From NCBI GenBank assembly GCA_976551045.1, contig CDPCPM010000280.1:3286001-3350000 (forward strand): a stretch of 64,000 nt of DNA, given 5' to 3'. The position numbers and the translations under genes are program-made. The notes below the pieces were generated by a model, which was not told the origin of the DNA, searched no databases, and saw only the letters and a list, made by a program, of their open reading frames with translations. This stretch comes from Glaucostegus cemiculus (lineage: Eukaryota). Shown here one piece after another: positions 1-11,595 of the stretch (positions are counted from its first letter, which is position 1; every line of letters begins with the position of its first letter).

Positions 1-139
1 ATCCTTTCCTTTTAAAAATGCTTAATCATTATTGAGGGGCAGCTTTCTCAATGGGTATGAGCTGCCCTAGTATTTTGTGCAAATTACGATTCTTTGTGAT
101 TAAGTCTAGGTCAGAAGCATTGGTAATTTATAAAGGGTA

Positions 140-370
140 ACTGAAATTACTTTATTGGCAAACATCACTGTTAATTTATACACAGTAAGGTCCCACATAC
201 CGCCATTAAATTAACAAAATTATTAATGAATCTGTTTTGGTGGATTATTATTGGTCACAGCATCAAGAGAACTGCCTTTAATGGGTCAATTATTCAAAGG
301 CAGTGTCCTGGGATGTTTTATGTCCATTTGGGCAAGCAACTGGAACCTCCATTTGCTTGACCAGCTCAAG
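140..370 (-). mobile_element. Degenerate Deu-domain SINE (SacSINE1/AmnSINE-like) fragment
   Basis: Reverse complement resembles the Deu-SINE body seen in better copies in this window (cagtaaggtcccaca..., aatctgttttgg, gggatgttttatgtcca). Confidence 0.45.
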
Positions 371-1549
371 AGTTAAAATGCTACCAAATAAGCCAAGCCA
401 ACTTTCAAACATGTTTCAAATAGCAGCAAAAACTCTGTGGAAATTAAACACCAAAGGGTTTTCAATGGAAATCACCTGCTATCAGAAGCAGGAAAAGCTG
501 ACTGAGTTACCTGGTTCAGGGGTATAGAAGGTGATTACAGTCCTCCCACCCTCACCTCCATCAAAACCAGGATTTGGTCATTCAGCACAGATTGGGAATT
601 AATTTGATGCCTCAGTCGGCATCACTTTGTTATCCATTGTTTAGTCAGCAATTTATCCAAAGTGCAATAGAAGTGTTCTCCAGGTTATAGCTGACGGAAG
701 AAACAATTGCGATGAAGTAAGATGCACACAACTCTCAGGCAATACAGGTTGTCCTCAAACAGTTTGGTGTAGGAAAGGTGTGGAACGTGGGGGAAGGGAA
801 GGGAGAACTCAAAAAAAATTGATAAGACTAAAGGACATTCCCCCCTCATCCTTGCTACCCTCAGAGGGTCAATTACCGAAAGGAAATTAGTGTCTAATGA
901 CAGGAATATTGTGCTAGGATTTAAGGAAATATGATGGCTTTGTCAGCTCCTCAGGACCTGTAAGGAAATCCCAGTTTGAAAGCCTACAGATTATGCATCA
1001 TTACTTAAAACATCCTGTGTAGCTGTACTGCACATTGTAGCATGCCGCATTCATCTACTGATGTACTGCAGGCTTCCTAAATCACTTTGAATTTACTTTG
1101 TAATGATTCATAAAACCATAATTATGCTCTGACGCACATGTAGTGTAAGCTGCTCGTAACAAGCTGGAGGTATTTCTTTATGGGGCTAATAACGTGCTGC
1201 TGTTCAGACCTGCTCCAGGAACAATCTGACCTCACCCACTAACTTAAAACAACCCTAATGAGAATATGTTGCGGGTATTCTGGGCGTGTAATTCATGAAG
1301 TGATGGGTATGCTGGAATGCTGGGCACCATCTGGCATATGATCCATTCAGTGCTTGTTCCAAGTAGTTGCTATTCAGTAGGATTGGATTTTGGGGGAATC
1401 CAGTTTCTGAATAGACTCCTACTATTCCACTCATTGACTGGCCACACTATAGTACATTATTAATTTCAGCCATAAGGCTTCAAGTCTCTGTACCTTAGGA
1501 GTTTTTTATTCTTAAGAACTGACCTCTGTCAACCTTATTGGAACATATT

Positions 1550-1858
1550 GGCATGGTGGCACAACTACAGCTTCAGTGACCTGGGTTTAATTCTAACCTC
1601 CAATGCTGTATGTAGTTTGCACATTTTCTCTGTGAATCTTTGGGTTTCTCCCCAATGCTATGGCCTCCTCTCACATCTCAAAGATAGGAAGGTAAATTAA
1701 TTGCCCACCATGAATTGCCCTTAGTGTGTAGTTAAATGGTAGAATCTGGGAGGAGTTGATGGGAATGTGAAGATGATAGACTACAGCGAATGCAATTACT
1801 CAGTGAGCTGGCATTGATCTGATGGGTTGAAATGTCCTCCATCTATGTCATAAGGGAA
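1550..1858 (+). mobile_element. Old V-SINE (HE1-like) copy
   Basis: tRNA-like head ggcatggtggcaca...gacctgggtttaattc, V-domain-like gtagtttgcacattttctctgtgaatctttgggtttctcc, CR1-type tail. Aligns by eye to the young copy at 9898-10138 with CpGs decayed. Confidence 0.75.
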
Positions 1859-1864
1859 TATGCA

Positions 1865-2482
1865 AACTAGGCAGAAGAAGGGAGGCAAGCAAGTAGTCAG
1901 AGAATCCTCAGAGTGCATCTCATTTCTGAACCATTTTTCCATGTTAGAAAAAGGTGGGGCTGGATGTTCCTCTGGAGAATGCAGCCAGAGCTACGTTCGT
2001 GGCACCGTGGGTGACTCAGCTGCACAAGGAGAGAGGAGCAAGAGTCCAATGGTAAGAGCCTTGTAGCTAAATAGAGCCAATTACATAGATATGATATGTG
2101 AGTTAGTTGAGATAGATATTGAATTAGGTTAAAAGATTTGCCATTGGAAAAAATAACAGCAAATATTTAAAGAATTATTTCATAATTCTCAATGAGTGAA
2201 CATTGTATTGAAAAGTAGAAGCTCATTGGGACCCCTGCAGAAATGATTTATTACATATTAGGCCCAAGGCATTATGCATGATAGAGTTGACCTTTCGTGC
2301 TTGAGTGCAGATAGATCTTTCTGCTCGACTCACTGAAGGAACTCCAACAGGTCGCAAGATGAAGGTCCTGAAGCATGGATTTGAGAGAAATTGGTGGAAT
2401 CAGAACCTCGAGGGTCAGATTATTGCATAAGGTTGGGGTAGCAATCAAGGCATGGGGGGACTGCAATTCTGCAGTTGTGCTT

Positions 2483-2532
<50 letters not shown>

Positions 2533-3560
2533 TTGGGAGTGCTGGTACACTAAATGCAGTGTGGGGTCCAGAAAGAGACCTGCTGCAAAGGAGCAGGGTG
2601 TCAATGTAGCATGTTATGGGAGGAGTAAATTAAAATCTCACAGTTGATTTATTTGCAATAGGATCCAGACATTGAAATCCATGGCAATGGAGCATGTGAT
2701 CTAGCTTGCCTTTGAGTAGTGCGGAAACTCTGCAAAATTGAGCATGCTATTTGCTGGCCGTACATGCATACATAAATTTGAAGTAAGTTTTGTTCAAATA
2801 TACGTTGAATGGCATTTGGCAGCATTGCTCTTATCAGGTACCTCACTACCTATAGCTGGAGAACTCAGACTGAAAATGGCAACCTGGGTGGCTCTTGCAA
2901 CCTTGATGGCAAGCATGGTTAATTTTTGTTTTAAATTAGAATTAGTAATGCACCAATTGATGTACTATGTCCAGGAATTTCCACTTATGTATTTTATATA
3001 TTTAAAAACTAGAAAGATCTGGTGTTCAATGGGATCTGGGAGTGCTGGTGCACTAAATGCAGTGAGTTAATATGGAGATACAACAGCAATTACAAGGACA
3101 ATCAATATATTGGCCTTCACTCCAAGAGAGATAAAGGCTATACGGAGCTTCACTGAAATCACATTTCAGATACAATGTGCAGTTTGGATTCATATGTATG
3201 GAAGAATGTACTTGGCTTGAAGGGGTGTAGCAAGGATTTAGTTGACCCATGATGAGTTTTCTTGAAATGGGTCTATACTTACCAGTGTTCAGAAGAAAGA
3301 CAAATGATGTTATTGAAGCATATATGATTCTAAGAGGGCGAAAGGATAGAAAGTCTGCAACTAGGGAACACAATCGCAAGTTAAGCTTTTTTCCCATTTT
3401 GGACCGAGATGCATAGAATATTCTTACTCAGAAGCATTATAAGTCCTTTGAATTCTCTAGCTCAGAGAATGATCAGTTGTTAAGTATATTCAAGGCAAGA
3501 TCGATATAGAAGGGATTTATTAGTTGTGGAGTCTGGGTTTTATATGGGCTTGAATGAAGA
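1865..3560 (+). mobile_element. Heavily deleted CR1 LINE remnant (ORF1 piece, weak endonuclease traces, ORF2 C-terminus, 3' end)
   Basis: ORF 1860..2066 (KQVVRESSECISFLNHFSML...GECSQSYVRGTVGDSAAQG) resembles the shark CR1 ORF1 segment before the esterase domain. gggatctgggagtgctggtg (DLGVLV) lies at about 3031, followed by decayed CR1 C-terminal sequence. The middle part is weakly supported. Confidence 0.55.
2486..2530. repeat. (TG)22 microsatellite
   Basis: Perfect TG run read directly. Confidence 0.98.
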
Positions 3561-3574
3561 GGACATGATCTTAT

Positions 3575-4310
3575 TTACAGAATTACAGCATTAGCCATTC
3601 AACCTATCGAGTCTGTGCTGGCTCTGTGTCAGTACAATCTAGTCAGTCCCACTACCTGTAAGTTCTTTCCTTTCAAACACATATCCAGCTCCCTTTGGAA
3701 CATAACAATTGACTATGCCTCCACTACTAGCAATGATAGTGCATTCCAGATCCTAATCAGTTTCTGCACAATAAGGTTCCTTTTCGTGTCATTTATGGTT
3801 CTCCTGCCAGTCACCTTCTGTTCATGTCCCCTGGCTTCCAACAATGGGAAGTTTTTTTTTCCTCCTTCTACTTTGTATATACCCCACTTAATTCTGAATT
3901 CCATACTTGCATTCTTCTCTGTTCCAAGGATCATCACTTGTGCAGCCCATCTACAAAACCAATCCTGGAGCAAAAAAAAAACAAACTGCTGGAGGAACTC
4001 AGCAGGTCAGGCAATGTCTGTGGAGAAAAATGGGTAATTGATGTTTTGGGTCCAGATGAAGGGTCTCGACATGAAACATCATTTCCTCCACAGTTGCTGC
4101 CTGACCTGCTGAGTACCTAAAGCAGTTTGTTTCTTGGTCCAGACTCCAGTATTTGCAGTCTCTTGTGCTTCCCCTAACCCTGGAATCATTTTAGTAAATC
4201 TCTTCTGCACCTCATTAATGCCTGCATATCATTCCTAAAGTGTGGTGTTCACAACTGGACACAATACTGCAGTTATTGCCAAATCAGTTGTGGCAGAACC
4301 AATGGTTCAT
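3575..4310 (-). mobile_element. CR1 LINE 3' region, interrupted by a PLE-derived palindrome
   Basis: Starts with the CR1 tail in reverse (tacagcattagccattcaacctatcgagtctgtgctggctct). Minus-strand ORF 3713..3973 has FPLLEARGH and RIWNAL. Resumes after 4170 with ccctggaatcattttagtaaatctcttctgcacc. Confidence 0.75.
3967..4170. mobile_element. Penelope-derived inverted-repeat element with decayed hammerhead core
   Basis: Arms are reverse complements (perfect 17 bp: 3997-4013 vs 4098-4114, within longer imperfect arms). Centre 4050-4080 reads gtc-CAGATGA-A-GGGTC-tc-GACAT-GAAAC-ATC. The arms match the 3' tail of the PLEs at 19750 and 37517. Confidence 0.8.
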
Positions 4311-5044
4311 GAAGAGGATGCTTTTGGGTCTGTTTAGCCTACTTCTGCTTCTTTTTATTACGTTACATAAGGCTAGATTGTAACTTAGATATGGGAAGGA
4401 GGTGAGCACTATTTTGAGGTATGGATTTTCAGAAGAAAAGCTGGTCTTGCCTCAAAGAAGGTTTCTGCCCTGGATAAGACACTTGGTTCTTCTGACAATC
4501 ACCTGTGGAGGGTGCCCAATTGGGGGTGGTGGGAGGGTGCAGGTTTTGTAAAGAAGGTAAACTAAGTTTAGCAGTTAAGTGAAAAAGCAGTTCTTATTTT
4601 AATTAAATGACCACATTTCTTGGAGCCTGTAAACCAGGGCTAGTCAAGGTTAAGTTGATAATATTGGTTGAAAATATGCAGTTTCATTATTTAATTGCAA
4701 ATACAATATTGGGCTTAGGTGTGTTACAATTAGGATTCATAATTTTAATATGTGGACTTTCCACCTAATCCTTCAATCTCCAGGTGATGCAAAATTGAAA
4801 TAATTCACATTACAAATTTGCATGAGCTATCATGTCTTCACATGTTTTACCAAAGGTTAGGATAAACAGGGTGTAAGCTATCAAGCACTGGTAATAAAAT
4901 GAGTGGTTTGCACATTAAAATAGAGGAAGTGTTAAGTTTGTCACTGGGCCAAACAGTAAAGACAGGTCCTTGGTTCAATCTTTCATTCGTGCTGTTACAG
5001 CCAATCTCAAATGATGCAATAATTGGCCTTGGTGCCTCTGAGCA

Positions 5045-5210
5045 AAGATCTGCCAAGGTACCTGCTTTGGATCACCAAGCAATATTCTTGCCAGAATGTG
5101 CATGGATCTGAATACCAGATGAGAATAGAATCAGATTTGACTGTAGTGTTTCCATGGTTAAATAGCTTAATGGCACTCACTGTCCTGTCTCACAGATGAT
5201 GGCTATGCAA
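5045..5210 (+). mobile_element. Ancient SINE-like repeat fragment (related copies near 11150-11340, 13490-13600, 28090-28260, 29880-30085, 50900-51120, 59605-59820)
   Basis: Recurrent degenerate motifs: agg(g)ttcctg.t.ctgat, ag.tt(t)gactgtg, ttgaatag.ctgat.cactcac. Family name not determined. Confidence 0.4.
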
Positions 5211-6124
5211 TGATTCTTACTGATGCTACATTATTAAAAATTAGGTGTATGTGTGTGGATTGTAGATCCCCTCCTACGATCTAACCGTCTGGTCGTATTT
5301 ACCCTCCAGGTCCACACATTACTCGTCACAAGATTGAGGTATTGGAGGGCATTCCTGGTGTAGTAATCATAAGTTAGTTAGGTAGATGGTGGGGTTGGTG
5401 GAGTTGAGATCGATCACTGTCTTCCTACCAGTTGAGGAACAAATGAAGTGATGGAAAGAAGAGAGAAGGAGATGGGAATAGTCATTAACAGAATTAAAAG
5501 CTGGATGTCTGGACTATTCCTGGAAAAAATAGCTGTGGACCCTAAGCCAAGTGTACATTTTTGTGCCTTCTGATTTACATTCCATCTACCCCACTCCCTT
5601 TAACATAACTGAATCCGCAAATGTTTATGTTCTTGATTGTACCATTTCCTCTTTGCTCTCCTGATGCATTTTCACTTCTTTTTTAAGTAATGTATCCTGT
5701 AAAACTAAGACACATCCCAAATACTAAGCAACAGAGAGTAACAGTGGAATTATTGTTGCAGGCTTGGTCTGGTTTTCATTAGAGAATGTAATAGGTCCAA
5801 TTTCTGAACTACGCCGCTTAGTCAGGTCTCCTTCATCGTGTTATACATTGGCAGTTAAGTAATGTGGCAGAGGGTTTCTTCCGTTATAAAATAACAAACA
5901 GTGCATTGTTAATTATTTTGGTGTCAATTAACTCACAATTTATAATACTGGAGCCAACCTACAAAACTGAAGTCTATCACCCACCCCCACCTTTAAAAAT
6001 GGGAATCTGTTGAGAGTCTATAAGCTGGAATTTTTGCATGTTACAATTATAAAATAGAAGGTGAAATTACTGCCAATATAGGTCTTTGTAAATGGGACAG
6101 GGATAGGAAGCAAAAGCTCACTAA

Positions 6125-6786
6125 ATCAGGTCCTGTACCTGAAGTGGTAACACAAGTAGGTAGGGTGCTAAAGAAGGTCTATGGCAAAACTTGCCTTCAT
6201 TGGTCAGGCTGTTGAGTATAAAAGTCAGGAGGTCATGGTGCAGATGTATAAGACTTTGATCAGTCCACAATTGGCGTGTTATGTGCATTTCTAGTTTCCC
6301 CATTTACGGGAAAGTTGTGGAGGATTTGGAGAGGGTGCAGACGAGGATCACCAGGTCATTGCCTGGATTAGAGAGTATTAGCCATAAGCAGAGGTTGGAC
6401 AAACTTTGATTGTTTTCTTTGGAGTGTCAGAGGCTGAGGGGTGACCTGAAAGAAGTATATAAAATTCTGAGAGGCATAAATAGGGTAGAGTCTTTTCCAA
6501 GTATGAAAATGTCAAATATTAGAGGGCATAGGTTTAAGGTGAGAGGGTGAAAGTTTAAAAGGAATTTAGCAGGCATTTTTTTTTACAGAGACTGGTAGGT
6601 GCCTGGAATGTGCTGCCGGGGTAATAGCGGAAGCAGATATGATAGCAGGATTTGAGAGGCATTTAGACAGGCACATGAATATGCAGGGAAATAAGGGATA
6701 TAGACCATGTGCAGGCAGACATGCATCATGGTCAGCACAGTCATAGTGGGCCGAAGGGCCTGTTCCTGTGCTGTACTGTTTTATGA
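6125..6786 (+). mobile_element. CR1 (HER1-like) LINE, 5'-truncated 3' part
   Basis: Decayed ORF2 C-terminus (LAFIGQAVEYKSQEVMVQMYKTLISPQL...LERVQTRITR) and tail tgggccgaagggcctgttcctgtgctgtactgtt. Confidence 0.92.
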
Positions 6787-6919
6787 GATCAGACCAGATC
6801 ACTGAAACCTGGTGAAGGCTGAACTTTGCGTTCAATATTTGAATTGTGCTGCTTCACTTCATTGAAACAGTGAAAAATAGAAGTGGATGGACTATCCAAC
6901 ACTGAACATGAACATGGGG

Positions 6920-8556
6920 AAGTCACCACCATTCCATTCAACCTTGCAAAATCCTTACAAACATCAGAGGACTGATGTCAAAATTGGAGCAACTACCTCA
7001 CAGGTTATTTATGCAACAGTCTAACATAGTCATGCTGGTAGAATCATTCCTCATAGCCAACATGCCAGCCTACTCTATGACCACTGGGACAGACCTACCA
7101 GAAGTGGTGGTACAATGATATACAGGCAGAAGGGAGTCTGGAAGATGCAATATGACTAATTACTGCAAATTACTCTCTGTTGTATGTAAAAGTGATGGAA
7201 GGTGATCTTGACAGTGCTATCAAGTGGCATTTACTCTCCAATAACCTGCTCACCAATGTCCAATTTGGCTTCAGCTCCTGACCTCAGCAAAGCCTTGGTC
7301 CAAAAATGGAGCAAGGAGCTGCATTCCAGAAGTGAAATGAGAGTGACCAACTATTTAATTAGTTTAATTAGGCATCATTAGCTTAATTAGTTTGGCACAA
7401 CATCATGGGCCGAAAGGCCTGTTCCTGTGCTGTACTGTTCCATGTTCATCCTTGGCAGCAGTTGACTGAGTGTGACATCAAGAAGCCCTGGTAAAACTGA
7501 AGTTAATGGACATCAAATGGATAGCACTCCAATGAACAGTGTCATAACTTGCTCAAAGGAAAATGATTGTGGTTGTTGGAAGTTAGTAATTCCAGCCTCG
7601 TGATATCATTACAGGAGTTCCTCAGGGCAGTAGCCTAGGCCCAACCACATTCATTTCCTTCATCAATGATCTTTCTTCCATCATAAAGTAAAAGAGGGAT
7701 ATTTGCTGATGATTACATGATTCACAACTCCTCAGCAGATGATGCAGTCCACGTTTGCACACAAAGAAGACAATATTGAGACATATGCTGATAAGCGACA
7801 AGTAACATTTGCACCAAAAAAGTGCCAAATAATTATCATCTCCAACAAAAAAAGAGCCAATCACCTCCTCTTGTATTTCACTGGTATTACATTGGTGAGT
7901 CCCCCATCATCAATAGCCTGATGTGGGTCACCATTGAGCAGAAACTTAATTGGACCAGGCATATGAATACTCTGGCTACAAGAGAAAGTCAGAAGCTGGG
8001 TATCACTGATTCACCTCCTGACACCCCAAAGCTTTTTCACCACAAGCCACGAGTGAAGAGAAGGATGAAATATTCTCCACTTGCATGGATGAATACAGCT
8101 CCAATACCACTCAAGAAGCTTGACACCATCCAGAATAAATCAACCTGCTTGACTGGTGCCCCATTATTCATTCTAAACATTCATTACCTCCACCACTGGC
8201 ACACAGTAGCTTTAGTGGCCACCAGCTAGAAAATGTATTATCCATGAGTCCAACAGCTTTTCTCAAACCTGTAACCGCTCTCATCAAGAAGGACAAGAGC
8301 AGAGGTGTATGGAAATACCACCATCTGCAGGTTCTCCTCCAATCCTTGAAATGTGGGCAACTTGGAGGACTTGACCTTGAAATATTTTGCTACTCTTTCA
8401 TTATCACTGTGTCTTAATCATCTTCAATATCATTCTGATATCCTCACCAGAAAGACTGCAATGATCTAAGAAGGCAACTCTATATTACCTCCTCAAGAGC
8501 AATTAAGAATCGGAAATAAATGCTGGTTTTGCTTTTGGTGGCCAGATCCCAACATC
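6920..8556 (+). mobile_element. CR1-clade LINE (second family), internally deleted: endonuclease N-terminus, RT core, C-terminus, 3' UTR
   Basis: NIRGLMSKLEQLPHRL and DRPTRSGGT at about 6960-7115. KVMEG...SNNLLTNVQFGF at about 7190-7270. GVPQGSSLGPTTFISFINDL and FADD at 7614-7713. ADKRQVTFAPKKCQ and EQKLNWTRHMN follow. Tail gcaattaagaatcggaaataaatgctgg. Confidence 0.88.
7352..7447 (+). mobile_element. Very short CR1 3' tail nested in the older LINE
   Basis: catcatgggccgaaaggcctgttcctgtgctgtactgttccatgttc is nearly identical to the tail at 6747-6786 and interrupts the host RT region. Confidence 0.85.
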
Positions 8557-8700
8557 TAAACAAACAACCAAACAGATAAATAAGTAGATAAATAAATGAA
8601 TAAATGAATGGATGGATGAATGAATGAATAAATAAATAGATAGATAGATAGATGGACTGGTAGCTAGATACATAGGTAGGCAGGCAGGCAGATAGATAGG
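8557..8700. repeat. Compound tetranucleotide microsatellite at LINE tail
   Basis: Units CAAA, TAAA, TGAA, TGGA, TAGA, TAGG and CAGG in a continuous 4-nt phase. Confidence 0.9.
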
Positions 8701-8944
8701 AACTTCTGTGTGTGTGAGGGAGACAAGTCACAATGAGGAGTTTGCTTCCAGTTATCCCTTAGCTGATCATTAACATTTTCCAAGCATAGGTATTTTTCTG
8801 ATATTCTGACATGGATAGGAGGCTCCCTGCAAGCAACATTTTAATAATACTTCCAGGACAATCCTGAAATGCATACTTCTCACTACCAATTGGAAAATTA
8901 ATTACAAACTAGTAGGTTTTGCGCATTCATGAAATTTTGCGCAT

Positions 8945-9040
8945 TCTGATGAACGATCAGTCTGAAATCTAAGCTGTTTCTCGTTCCACAGATGTTTCTA
9001 TTTCAGATATCCAGCATCAGCAGTATTTCATTTTAGATTA
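8945..9040 (+). mobile_element. Short PLE 3'-tail fragment with decayed hammerhead core
   Basis: ttCTGATGAacgatcagtctGAAAtct followed by ctgtttctcgttccacagatg...tatttcagatatccagcatcagcagtattt (tail type B). Confidence 0.6.
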
Positions 9041-9828
9041 TTGTTTATTGGAATAAAGGTTCTAACTGTATGTGTATGATGTAATGTACTTCTTTTAGTT
9101 TTATTTGAGGAACAGGTAGTTGAACTTCCCTTTCTATCCTGTGGGGCTGTTAGGAATTAGACCTGTGCTTTTGTTACCAGAATTCTGGTTGATTTGTATT
9201 TGTATTTCTATTTCACTCTGTATGTTTATTAGCAAGCAAACCTGTCCCAGGACTTAATTTACTTTGCTGTTTTGATAGATAGCATTGTTAGTGCTGCATT
9301 TGTGCACAGCCTCTTTCCCAGGAACCTATTTTAAAAATAGAAGCTCCTTGAACATAGCTTAAACTTGCATATTATTTGCTGCATTAATTGCAATGTACAG
9401 TCAGTAACTGAAATTTGTTCACTGAGGTCCCTCTGCCCCATGACTTCCCTGTACCCTTTCATACTTTTGGCACTTAATGCCTCTTTTTTCCAATAATATG
9501 GTATTCTGAAGAACTCTTGTATCTATTAAAAGATAAACTACCGTTTGTCTTGAAACAATGTGATCTGATTCAGTTGGCTTAAGTCATCTTGACAAAAAGC
9601 TGTGCTTCAGAACTTAAGTCATCTTCACAAAAATCGGTGCTTCTGTGAATATTTTCCCCTGCCTGTTTTAGCCCTATAACCTTTGTAAACTGAAATAACA
9701 GACATCCCTCTACCCATCTGCTAGACAGACAGCTAGCAAAACAGCAGACCACATACTTCCTCCCATCCTCCAGAACTTTTTAATTCCCTCTTATATACAA
9801 GTGAACACTTTCACATGCATCTTCTTCC

Positions 9829-9897
9829 TCAGAATCAGAATCAGTTTTATTGTCACTACCATATATGTATTCAGCATGCATAGGAGCGAAATGCATA
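9829..9897 (-). mobile_element. 3' tail of a non-LTR retroelement (AATAAA plus (TGATTC)n tail; Rex/Babar- or L2-type)
   Basis: Minus strand ends tgacaataaaactgattctgattctga. Same architecture as 46991-47212. Confidence 0.55.
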
Positions 9898-10138
9898 GGG
9901 CGGCACGATAGCATAGCGGTTAGCGCGACACTGTTACAGCGCCAGCGATTGGGGTTCGATTCCCGTCGCTGACTGTAAGGAGTTTGTGCGTTCTCCCGTG
10001 TCTGCGTGGGTTTCCTCCGGGTGCTCCGGTTTCCTCCCACATTCTAAAAAGACGTACGGGTAGGTTAATGCGGGGGTTTAAAATTGGCGGCGCGGACTCG
10101 TTGGGCCGAAAGGGCCTGTTACCATGCTGTAAATAAAA
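9898..10138 (+). mobile_element. Young, apparently intact V-SINE (HE1-like)
   Basis: Pol III A box TAGCATAGCGG (9909-9919), B box GGTTCGATTCC (9953-9963), V-domain ggagtttgtgcgttctcccgtgtctgcgtgggtttcctccgggtgctccggtttcctcccac, CR1-like tail tgggccgaaagggcctgttaccatgctgta. About 23 CpGs retained. Confidence 0.93.
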
Positions 10139-11384
10139 TTTCATTTTATTAGAAATACTGTACTCCACAGATCAAGGTGGATTCCTATACTTCCTTCCCT
10201 ACTAACTACTCTTCTTTTGCCCACCAAGTGAGTGTTCACAAGTTAACTCCCATGGAGATCAATGACACTATATTGCATTTTGTCTCTTTACTATGTCAAT
10301 GCTTGGACATCAGAAGTTAAGAGCCTTGGCTGACTTTTTTTCCTGCCTAAGCCAGAGGGTAGACAGATTTCAGCAGAAGCCATCTTCTGGGTTGGTAATG
10401 CTTAACTTGATACAGGCAACAACAAAAGTTTGGGGATCTTCATTTTCTCTTTGGCTCATTGCTGCATTTGGCAGTGCAATAATGGTCACTGGAGAAGGAT
10501 GAATGTACCTTCTACGTTCACTGCAGCATAGTCTCTATGGTCAGCAATTAAGGTGGATGGATATCTTCTTAAAAGTGGTTTGAATACCAACAGAATATTT
10601 TTACCCAGCCACACCTTTTTGGTCTTTCCTCACTAGAAACATGTGGGTTCAGAGCTGACAAAGAACCTGCTTCGTTCTGAAGTGAGAGACCACCATTGCT
10701 TTTCCCGTAAATGGGCACTCTGCTTTACAATCTATTTGGACAAGTGGCATGACTGGCATAAAAACTAATTCCATGTTCAGAAGTAAAAACACCAGATGAA
10801 TTCTCACGGATGCACCAAAGAGCTTATAGTTATTGCAGTGTTTCAGTAGTTAGAGGTGAAACTGAGTTTTAAATAGGGACAATAAGGTTTTCTCTAGAGG
10901 TCTTTTGCTTTTGTATTTAACCACATTTTTAATCTGTTGAAATTATTTAATCTAACAACAAAACAGATAACATGTATTACAGTAATAGGGAGCAAGTTAT
11001 TTAAGGATCATCATATGATTGAGTGATTCAGCTTCAGTGTGGAGCCTATATTGAAATAGAGTGGGAAAAGGGGGTGAGGGAAAGAAATCCACATTGCCTG
11101 CTGAATCAGGAATTTGGTCATTCCTGAGGTGTCATCGTCACATTGCCATTATAACCAATACCTTGGGCTAACAGCCAGGAAGATCAGTCAGGGTGCTTTA
11201 TCCTTGTTAGTTTTCAAAGAGAAAGTTCATGTGAAAGAGACCATTGGAGTGCAATAGTCCTCATCTGTGGATGAGGGCAATTGGACATGACTTTGTCCAT
11301 CCATGATTGAAAAGGCTGCTAATGTAGTAAGGTATGTAACTGTAGCATAGGATGCATCAGCATTTAGAAGGAGAAAGCCAGCAA

Positions 11385-11595
11385 AGTTCTTTACTCAGTG
11401 ATTGCTGAGAATGTTAACTCACTACTGCATGGAACGATTGATGTCATTGGCATTTAAAGGGAAACTTGATAACTACATTAGGGAGATAAGAAAAAAATGT
11501 TGATGGGGTGATTTGACACAATGAGTGAATGGCCCTGGTGGATCATAAACATCAGTAGAGCTAGGTGAACCAAATAGGCTGTTCTTAGGCTATAA
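11385..11595 (+). mobile_element. Degenerate CR1 3' fragment
   Basis: ttctttactcagtga...gcatttaaagggaaacttgataactacatt...ccaaataggctgttctt. Confidence 0.6.

Noticed and set aside
9898-9970. tRNA gene
   Set aside because: A and B boxes are present, but the sequence runs into a V-domain and CR1 tail with no acceptor stem or terminator. It is a SINE head.
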